DNA of 64,000 nucleotides. It comes from Candidatus Sabulitectum silens. GTDB lineage: Bacteria; Fermentibacterota; Fermentibacteria; Fermentibacterales; JCC-6. Below the pieces are notes generated by a model. That model made no database searches. It had not been told where the DNA came from and saw only the letters and a program-made list of their open reading frames with translations. The first letter of the stretch is position 1; each line of letters begins with the position of its first letter. The stretch is taken from positions 53,186 to 117,185 of the forward strand of contig MJAN01000003.1 of assembly GCA_001875255.1 (NCBI GenBank). The letters are read 5' to 3'. The position numbers and the translations under genes are program-made. Positions 54,350 to 64,000 of the stretch are shown one piece after another.

Positions 54350-55116
54350 TTGCCAGCAGAGCAGCCAACCATAATAGGGAGTGTGCACCGAATGAACCGT
54401 TTCCTCACGGAAAGGGACATCGCCCGGTTTCTGGGCCAGAGCCTGCCCGACGCAAGGAAGGCCATAGGCGGCAGCAGGCTTAAAAGCATCCTGCGCCAGG
54501 GGCATACGGTTTACCACCGGGACGACGTTATGAACTGGATGGCGGAAAATTTCAGTTCCCTGACCACCGAAAGGCTCATGAAGGCCGATGTATCCTCCGG
54601 TGACCACGGCGGTCTCGATCCCTTCACCTGCGGTCTGACACAGCTCCTCCAGGGAGGCAGGGTCTTCTTTCCTCCGAAAACATCCACCAGATCCTCGGTG
54701 TTCAGGTGCCTTTCCGAGAAGGCGGTGGAACTCGGTGCCGTCTACGACCAGAACGAACTCAGGGAACAGCTGGAAAGCCGGGAAGATGTGGTTTCAACCG
54801 CCCTCAGGTGCGGCGCCGCCCTGGTACATCCCTGGAGATAGCGAAGATCTATGTGGAGCATGAACTTCTGCTTCTCATGATACCCCCCCACCCCCATCCC
54901 CTTCGGGGGAACCGTCGGGAAGGCTCCACTTCCCTTTTCTTCCTTCTGCTCTTTCCCGACCCCCACAGACATATTCACATACTGGCCAGGCTGAACAGAC
55001 TTTTGAGAGATCAGGAATTCATTGAGTCCCTTCTTGAGTCCATAACTGAAGAAGAGGTGATAAACGCCGTTGAACACCGCGAACTGGAAGTTATCAGTTC
55101 AAGTGTCAAGAGCTGA
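54350..55116 (+). CDS. HTH domain fused to PTS EIIA type-2 (Ntr/fructose family) domain; frameshift near 54840
   Basis: N-terminal FLTERDIARFLGQSLPDARKAIGGSRLKS resembles an excisionase/MerR-type HTH. The downstream ...ALRCGAALVHP and ...HILARLNRLL...INAVEH match the PTS_EIIA_2 fold, with a phospho-His context. Confidence 0.55.
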
Positions 55117-55127
55117 TTGGAGGAAGG

Positions 55128-56048
<921 letters not shown>

Positions 56049-56049
<1 letters not shown>

Positions 56050-56510
56050 TGGACAGGGCATACAAGGTTTACGCCATAGACAACGGTACGGTCATCGACC
56101 ACATCCCCACCCCCCTGGCCCTCAAGGTGGTGGAGATACTGGGCATAGGCAACGAGGGCATATTCACCATAGGCGTGGGGTTCCACTCAAAGAAATACCC
56201 CGGGGGCAAGGACATAGTCAAGATAGAGAACCGTATTCTCCTTGAAAGCGAAACCGACACCATAGCCCTCATCGCCCCGGACGCCACCATAAACATCATA
56301 AGGGAGGGCAGTGTAAGCGAAAAAAGGAGGATCTCAGTTCCCCGGGTGATACACGGAGTGATGGAGTGCCCCAACCCCAACTGCGCCACCAACAGGCTCG
56401 GCGCCCACAGGCACTTCACCCTGGAAGACAAAAAGGCCGTGAAGTACCGCTGCGCCTACTGCGAAAGGGTAACCGAGGTTTCTCCAAAGAACCTCACCGC
56501 CCCGGAATAG
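56049..56510 (+). CDS. pyrI: aspartate carbamoyltransferase regulatory subunit
   Basis: Intact 153 aa. VIDHIPTPLALKVVEILG, and zinc domain CPNPNCATN...CAYCE. Confidence 0.9.
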
Positions 56511-56531
56511 CAGCACTTCCACAGAAAAGCT

Positions 56532-56556
56532 GAAGCCCCGGCGGAACCGGGGCTTC
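56532..56556. terminator. stem-loop between convergent pyrI and the FG-GAP gene (bidirectional terminator candidate)
   Basis: GAAGCCCCGG cggaa CCGGGGCTTC: perfect 10-bp stem, 5-nt loop, 22 nt after the pyrI stop. Confidence 0.5.
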
Positions 56557-56576
56557 AATCGTTCATGGTTCATCCG

Positions 56577-58405
56577 CTAGGGCAGAACTACCACCCTCTG
56601 GGCGGCCATTGTTTCAGGTGTCTGCATTATCACGGAATAGTTGCCCGCGGGAAGAGCGGAAACCACAGCCGTGTAGACACCGGGGGTCATTTCACCCTGG
56701 TTCACAACGGCAACTGTCCTTCCGGTAACATCGTACACCGCAACGCTCACCCTGCCGGCCTGCTCGACATTGTAGCCTATGGTGAAGGCTCCGGAGACTG
56801 GGTTGCCGGACATGATCCAGACCTTCCTGCCGTCGATGGGGGCGGTGCCCTGGTCTTCAAGACTGACCGGATCCCAGAGGACTGTAACATCCTTCAGGGA
56901 AGGGGTGGCGTTGGGATTGCTGGTTGCCAGCTCCACCCGGTACTGCAGATAGCTTCCGCCCTGGGAAACCACCGATGAGAGGTCGCCGGGGGAGGTTATC
57001 CAGGCGCTCCAGGGGCCCATGTTCCCCGAATCGTAGGAGGTCTTCAGCTGGAACCTTACGCTGGTTCCCCCGGGAAGGGTTGTTGCCCAGTAGATGTAGT
57101 CCCACTCCACCATGTTGGGGTCCGGGGGCTCGATGTTGATTATGGAACTGCGAAGTATTCCGGGGGAGGTGAATCCGCTCACCCTCCACCAGCTTATCTT
57201 GTCACCGTAGAAGGCGCAGCCAGGACATCAGGGGCTCCGTCGCCGTCGATGTCCCCGGCGGAAACACCCAGTGCGCCCTGGAAATAAGTTGAAACCGAGA
57301 ATGTTTCCCAGGCCTCACCGAGGTATTCCCTGTTCTTGCACCAGATTATCTTGTCCTCGCCAAGACTGGCGGCGGTGATGTCGGGATAGCCGTCGCCGTC
57401 CATGTCATGGGCGCTGATGTCGTAGATCTGCTGCCCGGAGGCGCCGTTCATCTGGTGTGAGGTCCAGGAACTCTGGGTATCGAGGAAATCGTACCACCTG
57501 AGGTTGCCGGTGCTGGAGGAGGAGGCTACCGCGAAGTCGTCGGCGCCGTCGTTGTTGAAGTCGGCAACGGTTATGGAAACCGGGTTGTTGTAGTTGTTCT
57601 CGATGGTGTATTTCGACCATGAATAGCCGTAGGGCGATTGTGAAATGTAGGCAACCACATCGTTCTGGCTGTTGCTTGCGGCGGCCACGTCGATGTGGCC
57701 GTCTTCGTTGAAGTCGCCCACATCAACAGCGTAGGCCCCCATGAGGGCGCCGTCGATGTAGTTGATGTTCCAGTTGTTGGATGTGCCGTCGTTCTTCCAC
57801 CAGCACACATCGCCGGAGAGGGAGGAAACACCCACCACATCGGTGTTGCCGTCGCCGTCGATGTCCGCTGCCCTTATCTGTCTGGCGTCGAAACCGGAAG
57901 CGATGGTGGTACTTGCGCTCCAGCCCCCGGGGAAGTAGCGGAAGAGGATGATCTTGTCCTCATCGCCGCTGGATGCCACGATGTCCCTGTAGCCGTTCCC
58001 GTCGAAGTCGGCCACGGCGATGAACCTGGGATTGGAGACCGATCCGACGGTGCGCTTGGTCCAGGAGGTTCCCTGTCCGTTGGTGTTCTCCACCCAGAAG
58101 ACATCGTCGGAGTTGTAGCCGCAGGAGGCTACGTCGAGATCGCCGTCGAGGTCCATGTCAACGGCTATCACATAGTAGGGACCGTTGCTGGTGGCGATGG
58201 AGTTCTCGCTGCGGTCCACAATGAGCTTAAGCTGGCCGGGTTCGGTGTCCCAGTCCATCTCGTCGGCCACATCGAACCTGTTTGACCAATCGGTGACCGG
58301 TCCGGGTATACCCGGGCCGCCTTCCCATGTGGTCTGGGTCTCACTTTCGGCGTAGGCCCCGGTGAAAACCAGAAGCAGAACCGCGCATAACAATAGATTC
58401 CTCAT
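56577..58405 (-). CDS. secreted FG-GAP/VCBS-repeat protein with T9SS C-terminal sorting domain (frameshift near 57190)
   Basis: Signal peptide MRNLLLCAVLLLVFTGAYA. At least 6 repeats of the form xxADFDGDGxxDxxxxS (FG-GAP). C-terminal segment RVSVAVYDVTGRTVAVVNQGEMTPGVYTAVVSALPAGNYSVIMQ matches the Por/T9SS CTD pattern. Confidence 0.75.
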
Positions 58406-58472
58406 GTATATTCCCCCTTTTAAATTGGCGTACGCGTAATCCGTGAAAGTATCGCATAAAAACCGGCAACAG

Positions 58473-59039
58473 TCAATACCTTAGGAGATTAACCGTTTTG
58501 CCCCGGGACCTCTTGTTAAGGTACCGGTCCCGCTCGCTGAAAACGCATCCGCAGTAGGGCTGTCTGTACATCCCCGCTTCCCGGGACAGGGCAATGGACC
58601 TTTTGTAGAGGTGGGTGAAGTCATGGTGAATGTATTCCACACCGACTGTCCGGGCTGCTTTCTCCCCGGCTTCACGGATCATCTCCCGGTTCTGGTAGGG
58701 GCTGACCAGCAGTGTGGTTGTAAACCGTGGAATACCCATCTCAGAAGCCCTGACGGCGGTTTTAAGCATTCTGTCCAGGAAACAGGCTGAACACCGGTTT
58801 CGGGCTCCCAGGAGCATCTCCAGCGTTGCCTCGAGGGGATAGTCCCGGAATATCTCCACAGGAAGATCCACCCCGGGGGCCCAGGCCTCCAGTGCGTCGA
58901 TCCTTCGTTTAAGTTCCTTCCAGGGCTGTATGGCCGGGTTGTAGAAATACCCGGAAACGGAATCTCCACCGGAGCGAAGCTCCTCCAGAACAGCGGTTGC
59001 GCAGGGAGCGCAGCAGATGTGAAGCAGGATACTGTCCAT
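58473..59039 (-). CDS. queH: epoxyqueuosine reductase QueH (DUF208)
   Basis: ILLHICCAPCATAVLEEL...YFYNPAIQP...CSACF...CGCVFSE, the conserved Cys set of QueH. Confidence 0.8.
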   Translation of the reverse strand: MDSILLHICCAPCATAVLEELRSGGDSVSGYFYNPAIQPWKELKRRIDALEAWAPGVDLPVEIFRDYPLEATLEMLLGARNRCSACFLDRMLKTAVRASEMGIPRFTTTLLVSPYQNREMIREAGEKAARTVGVEYIHHDFTHLYKRSIALSREAGMYRQPYCGCVFSERDRYLNKRSRGKTVNLLRY

Positions 59040-60055
59040 CAGAGGGGAAGCTCCTCCTGTCCGGCCCTGGTGTAGCCAAGGTGCCTGTAGGCAAGACCGG
59101 TGGCCACCCTTCCCCTGCTGGTCCTGTTCAGGAAACCCCTGGCCAGAAGGAAGGGTTCAACAACGTCTATCAGCGTGTCCCGTTCCTCGTTGAGGGTAGC
59201 GGCAATGGCGGATACGCCCACGGGCCCTCCGCCGTAGTGCTTTATTATCACCGTGAGATAGCTTCTGTCCAGGCGGTCGAGACCCGCCTCGTCAACTCCA
59301 TTGATGTCCATGGCCTCGATGGCGGTACCTTCGTCCACCGCTTCACGGCGCATTACCTGGGCATAATCCCTGACCCTCTTCAATAGCCGGTTGGCTATTC
59401 TGGGCGTGCCCCTGGATCGCAGGGCCACTGATTCGGACCCCCCTTCGGTGATGGGGGTTTCCAGTATGCCCGCCGACCGCCTGATAATTGTGCAGAGGTC
59501 GTTGCTGTCGTAAAACTCCAGATGCATGGAGAAACCGAACCGGTCCCGGAGGGGGCCGGTGATGAGCCCGGCCCTGGTGGTGGCCCACTATGGTGAAATG
59601 GTTCAGTTCCAGCTTCACCGTTCTGGCGTGGGCCCCGGGTCTATCACCATGTCTATCTGAAAATCCTCCATGGCGGGATAGATGTACTCCTCCACTATCC
59701 TTGGAAGCCTGTGTATCTCGTCAATGAAAAGAACATCCCCGCGGGAAAGGTTGGTGAGTATCCCCACCAGGTCAGCCGGCCTTTCAAGGGCAGGGCCTGA
59801 GGTGCAGACGATCTCCGCGTCCATTTCCGCGGCGATCACGTGGGCCAGTGTCGTCTTTCCGAGGCCCGGAGGGCCGTGGAAAAGCAGATGGTCCAGGGGC
59901 TCGCCCCTCTCCCTTGCGGCCTGAACCGCTATCTTGAGGTTCCTGATAATTCGTTTCTGCCCTATGTACTCCGAGAAATCCTTTGGCCTCAGGGAGGTGA
60001 ACTCCCTCTCCTCGGAGGCGTCGTCGGTGCTTCGTATGATGGATTCCAGGGACAT
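59039..60055 (-). CDS. ruvB: Holliday junction DNA helicase RuvB (frameshift about 59530-59620)
   Basis: [15 protein letters not shown] (Walker A), [10 protein letters not shown] (Walker B) in ORF 59615..60055. C-terminal winged helix in ORF 59039..59527. Confidence 0.9.
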
Positions 60056-60056
60056 T

Positions 60057-60650
60057 TCAGCTCCTTGCCTTCATGGCGGCCCGGACTATCTCCGAAGGGG
60101 ATGCCGTGGGACCGGTCTTCTCCACCGCGGCGTTGACCAGCGAGACAGCCTCCGATGGCGGAATACCCAGCTGTTCGAGGATGGCCCTTGCGTCCGAGGC
60201 GTTGCCGGGCCGGGTAGAAGAAGCCGAAGTTTCGGTGCTGAAACCGGATAATGAGTCCTGCAGCTTGGCAATGATCTGCTTCGCCCTGGAGCTTCCGATA
60301 CCCGGCAGGGATTTGAGGACGCCTATGTCCCCTGCTGCTATGGCGGAGGCCAGCTCCCCCGGGGGAATGGTCATGGCCCTTACGGCGGCCCGAACACCTA
60401 TTCCGGAAACGCTTATGAACTTCGTAAAGAAGTCGCGGTCCCTGGTGGATGGAAAGGCAACCGCAAGGGGAACCCCCCGGTTCCCCTCGTTGATTATCTG
60501 AAACAGAAGGTGATAACGGGCTTCCTCTCCAACGGAAACATGTCTGAGGAAATAGCCCGGGGCCAGAAGACTGAGGACCACCGGGCCAACCTCCAGAAAG
60601 ATATTCTGGCCGTCGGTTCCCCATACCCTTCCGCTTATGCTCTCAAGCAT
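60057..60650 (-). CDS. ruvA: Holliday junction branch-migration protein RuvA
   Basis: [31 protein letters not shown]...LFQIIN...[20 protein letters not shown]...[16 protein letters not shown] (HhH motifs). Confidence 0.85.
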   Translation of the reverse strand: MLESISGRVWGTDGQNIFLEVGPVVLSLLAPGYFLRHVSVGEEARYHLLFQIINEGNRGVPLAVAFPSTRDRDFFTKFISVSGIGVRAAVRAMTIPPGELASAIAAGDIGVLKSLPGIGSSRAKQIIAKLQDSLSGFSTETSASSTRPGNASDARAILEQLGIPPSEAVSLVNAAVEKTGPTASPSEIVRAAMKARS

Positions 60651-61131
60651 GCCTCTCCCCTTCGTAGAGTGCCAGGGCAACGGCAATGGCGTCGCTTACA
60701 TCCAGGGGTTTCAGCTCACCCTTCATGGCGAATATCCTTCTTACCATTCCGTTCACCTGTATCTTGCTCGCCCGTCCGTTCCCGGTGACGGACTTTTTCA
60801 CACGGCTGGCAGGTATGGATTCCACCGGAATCCCCTTCAGCCCCGCGGCAAGGCAGAGAACTCCCCGGGCATGCCCCATTATTATGGCGGTGGTGGGGTG
60901 TTTGTAGTGGGAGTAAATTTTCTCCAGGCCCATCACCTGGGGCCGATACTTCTCGATCACCTGGGCAATTCCCTGGTAAAGCTCTGTCAGCCTGGGGGTT
61001 ATGGGGTCGGAAGCCCTTGTTCTGATGGTTCCTGCGTCAAGAAGCTTCAGCGAGGAGCCCCGTGAGGCTATCACTCCGAACCCGGTTATGTTCAGGCCGG
61101 GATCCACCCCCAGGATAATTTTGTCAGGCAA
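60643..61131 (-). CDS. ruvC: crossover junction endodeoxyribonuclease RuvC
   Basis: IILGVDPGLNITGFGVI (catalytic Asp)...EKIY...AAGLKGIPV...DAIAVALA. Confidence 0.9.
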   Translation of the reverse strand: MPDKIILGVDPGLNITGFGVIASRGSSLKLLDAGTIRTRASDPITPRLTELYQGIAQVIEKYRPQVMGLEKIYSHYKHPTTAIIMGHARGVLCLAAGLKGIPVESIPASRVKKSVTGNGRASKIQVNGMVRRIFAMKGELKPLDVSDAIAVALALYEGERHA

Positions 61132-61857
61132 CTACTCCGCCATGTCGAAGTTGGTGTGCAGCGCCTGTACATCGTCGTGCTCCTCCAGGGCCTCCAGAAG
61201 CTTGATCACCTTATCCGCCTCCTTGCCCTCCAGTTCAACGGTGTTGGCGGGAACCTTCGTGACCTCGGCGGACTCCACGGCTATGCCTCCGGCTTCAAGG
61301 GCCTTCTTAACCTCAAAGACCTGCTCAGGTGATGTGGTTGCTATTATCACGCCGTCCTGCTCCTGGACATCCTCCAGACCGGCTTCCAGGCCGGCTTCCA
61401 GCACGTCGTCCTCTCCGTGGAGGGAACCGTCGATGGTTATCTGGCCCTGCTTGCTGAAGAGGTAGGCCACGCTGTTCTTGGAGCCCAGGCTTCCCCCGCC
61501 CTTGGTCAGGATGTGCCTGATCTCCGCGGCGGAGCGGTTCTTGTTGTCGGTGAGAACCTCCACTATCATGGCCACTCCACCCGGGGCGTAGGCTTCGTAG
61601 ACCATTTCCTCGTAGGTAACGCCCTCGAGCTCTCCGGTGCCCCTTTTGATGGCCCTCTCTATGTTGTCTCCTGGCATGTTCTGGCTCTTTGCGGTGTCTA
61701 TGGCCACACGGAGCCTGGGGTTCATCTCAGGGTCGCCTCCCCCCTGCCTGGCCGCCACGGATATTTCCTTCACCAGCCTGCTGAAGATCCGGCCCCTGGC
61801 GGCATCGGCCTTGCCCTTCTTGTGTTTTATGGTGCTCCATTTATTATGTCCGGACAT
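61132..61857 (-). CDS. yebC: YebC/PmpR-family transcriptional regulator
   Basis: MSGHNKWSTIKHKKGKADAARGRIFSRLVKEISVAARQGGGDP, the canonical YebC start. Intact 241 aa. Confidence 0.9.
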   Translation of the reverse strand: MSGHNKWSTIKHKKGKADAARGRIFSRLVKEISVAARQGGGDPEMNPRLRVAIDTAKSQNMPGDNIERAIKRGTGELEGVTYEEMVYEAYAPGGVAMIVEVLTDNKNRSAAEIRHILTKGGGSLGSKNSVAYLFSKQGQITIDGSLHGEDDVLEAGLEAGLEDVQEQDGVIIATTSPEQVFEVKKALEAGGIAVESAEVTKVPANTVELEGKEADKVIKLLEALEEHDDVQALHTNFDMAE

Positions 61858-61997
61858 TGGGTTTCTCCTTTTTTATGGGTTTTCGTCTGGTCTAGTTTAG
61901 AATGTATGGGGGCCAAGGTCAAGTTTGGGGCCGATGTGCTCCAGGATATCGCTCCACCGGGGAACCGCCCTTCTGAAGAACGAAACCCCTGTTTCGC

Positions 61998-62605
61998 CTA
62001 TGAGCACCTTTCACCCCGGGGAAAGCAGGGAAGTACCACCACGGAACTGCGTGCCGCGGAGATCACCAGTTCGATCTCGGCCAGCCAGTCTGATTTCTCG
62101 GTTTCCTCCCCACCGCAACGCACCTGGCCAGCACCAGGGCATCCTCGGGACTCACCGAACCGCCGGAAACCTTCGGGAATCCCGCTGCTCCGTCGATGAC
62201 AGGTGGAACACCCTCGAGGCACCGGCTGAGATTCACTCCTATCCCGGGAAGCCCGTCCACGGGAAAGGCCGGGAACAGGAACTCCCTTCTTTCGGAGGAA
62301 CCGCCTGTATCCCTGTGCTTTCCAGGCAGTGTATCGCTGTCGAACATGGACCCGAAACTGAGTATAGTGGTGGTAAACTCGTTCCTTACGGTCCTCTTGA
62401 GAACATGAACCGCCGCGCTTACCCTCCAGAAGGGAAGAGGAATGCCGGAACCGGGAAGGGCCCTGTGCTCCACTGAAAGGGGTTCCAGGCCCTTGCCCCC
62501 GCCGGCGAAACACCTGCCGCATGTGGAGCAGATGAAGACGCAATCGGTTCCCAGCCCTGAAAGGGGTGAACCGCATCCCCGGCAGACAAGCCTGGTAATC
62601 TTCAT
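61998..62605 (-). CDS. hypothetical protein with N-terminal double-CxxC zinc ribbon (frameshift near 62070)
   Basis: MKITRLVCRGCGSPLSGLGTDCVFICSTCGRCF then about 150 aa without motif. Confidence 0.4.
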
Positions 62606-62735
62606 ATGTGGCTGTCCATCCCTCCGTGTTTCGAGGCCAGTTTAAGGAACCTGGCGGAAAGGGCCACCAGCCCCCACAGCATGAAAAGGATCACAATAAG
62701 TACCGGGCCAATGGCCATGGCAGGGGAAAAAATGA

Positions 62736-63637
62736 TCAGGAGCACAAGGGGAAAAGCCCGGCCCATATGCTTCCCAGTACCCTGCAAACCCTTTTCCAGT
62801 GCCTTGAATCCGCCGGAAAGGTTCCCTTCAGGACCTGGCCGCTGAATCCGTCCACCACGGTCCTGAACGTCCTTTCTCCCAGGGAGTAGTCCACGGTCCA
62901 CAGGGGATAGTGTACCAGCCGTTCCCGGACCCCGGTAACAGCCAGGTACATGGATCGCTGTTCAAGACCCACTCCAACCCCCTCGCACAGCCTGGAAATG
63001 TAGCCCTCGGCCTCTTCCCTTGCCTTCGATATGGGAACTGTGGGATCCACCACATGGGCCCCCTCGGGAAGCCTGCCTGAATCGAAGACCTCCAGAGGAA
63101 GCCCGCCGCCGGAACGGCCCAGGGCCATTCCGGAAAGGCCCATCTGGGATCTTATGCCCAGGGAGGGAATGCCCAGGGGTTCCAGCCGGGCGGCGCTTAT
63201 GATCATTTCGATGCCGTTGCTTATCTGGTGCTCCTCCGCCCTTACGCCCTTCCTCTGCTTTATTGTCCTTATGATGGAGCCCTGGCCGCCGTCCTCCCCC
63301 TCCACCGCCGCCTTTATCTTCCTCTCCCTGTAAACCGGCTTTACTCCGAAAACATACCCGTCAACCCTGCTCGCTATTAACCAGAAGGCACATAGGCCAG
63401 GAAGGGCTTCTGCACCCGGCATTCAGAGAATACACCCCCGGACAGCTCCTCCAGTTTCCTCCTGACCGATCGAAGGACACCGGTGGAATTCACCTTTGCC
63501 GGAAGGATGTACCTGTTCACCGTACCGCCGAGAAAAAGTGGGGTGTCGCAGTGGGAGCACACCGTGTTGCTGCTGCCCTCGCTCACCTCCAGCAGTCCGG
63601 CGCAGCAGGGGCAGGAAAGGGTTACGAGATCGCTCAT
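62736..63637 (-). CDS. hypothetical protein with N-terminal double-CxxC zinc ribbon (frameshift near 63400)
   Basis: MSDLVTLSCPCCAGLLEVSEGSSNTVCSHCDTPLF (ORF 63377..63637) continues into ORF 62736..63422. Architecture parallels the adjacent 61998..62605 gene. Confidence 0.4.
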
Positions 63638-63867
63638 TCCTTCCGGCCCATGATCCGTGGGAACAGTTCCGGAATGAAAATGGCAGCGGCCATTGAGGTA
63701 ACGGCGGCCCAGAAGAGGGAGACCCCACGCAAAAGGAAAAAGATCACCAGGGCCGGAACAACACCCCGGAAGAAGGCCTTGAGTGATTCCCGCATTGGAT
63801 CTAACCCCTCCGGTGAAGCCGCAGCAGGGGGCTTTCCGGGAATGCCGCCGCTGACGGCATCCACCAT
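63634..63867 (-). CDS. small membrane protein, hypothetical
   Basis: 77 aa with one long hydrophobic stretch VVPALVIFFLLRGVSLFWAAVTSMAAAIFI. Start overlaps the downstream gene by 4 nt. Confidence 0.25.
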   Translation of the reverse strand: MVDAVSGGIPGKPPAAASPEGLDPMRESLKAFFRGVVPALVIFFLLRGVSLFWAAVTSMAAAIFIPELFPRIMGRKE

Positions 63868-64000
63868 GGTCCCCTGGCCGGATGAGGCGCTGAGAACAAC
63901 AAGAAAGGGGTGGTAGATAACTCCCCTCTCTCCAGTCAGATCGGGGTCAGGCGGAATGACCGTGCCCTCGGCGGCTTCACTGTCCCAGACCCTTCTGTCC

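Noticed and set aside
57695-58285. 196-aa plus-strand ORF rich in Gly/Val/Ala
   Set aside because: Antisense to the FG-GAP repeat gene. The repetitive composition mirrors the sense-strand repeats.
61417-62199. 260-aa plus-strand ORF
   Set aside because: Antisense to intact yebC. Low-complexity Gly/Pro-rich.

Overview
This is a GC-rich bacterial chromosomal window of about 60 genes, roughly 80% on the minus strand and mostly housekeeping. It contains: cysS and trpS; a gap / pgk-tpiA / pfkA glycolysis block; yebC-ruvC-ruvA-ruvB-queH; pyrB and pyrI; truA and rluD; mltG and ruvX; class I fumarate hydratase subunits plus malic enzyme; peptidases PepD and PepT; ABC, ArsR/ArsP and DMT transport genes; tRNA-Cys(GCA) and tRNA-Gly(GCC). 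Reading frames break inside many otherwise clearly recognisable genes, about half of them and more than 30 frame changes in 64 kb. The three breaks I resolved by hand (cysS, trpS, gap) are all a single base missing from a short C or G run. That points to systematic homopolymer-deletion sequencing/assembly error rather than gene decay. I therefore call broken genes as CDS with a frameshift note, not as pseudogenes. The most unusual locus is a tightly packed partner-switching cluster on the minus strand at 5912-10296. It reads STAS antagonist, then RsbW/SpoIIAB-type HATPase kinase, then a roughly 400-aa P-loop NTPase of unrecognised family with a non-canonical N-terminal region, then a roughly 750-aa HEAT-repeat::PP2C (SpoIIE/RsbU-type) phosphatase fusion. 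Other notable items: an apparently in-frame AMP-binding (adenylating enzyme)::chorismate mutase::DAHP synthase reading frame. An in-frame PGK::TIM fusion. An FG-GAP repeat protein with a T9SS C-terminal sorting domain. An orphan radical SAM/SPASM enzyme. An HTH::PTS-EIIA(Ntr-type) fusion. An SPFH protein carrying three tandem zinc ribbons. Two adjacent proteins that each begin with a double-CxxC zinc ribbon. No CRISPR array, integrase, transposase or rRNA is visible.
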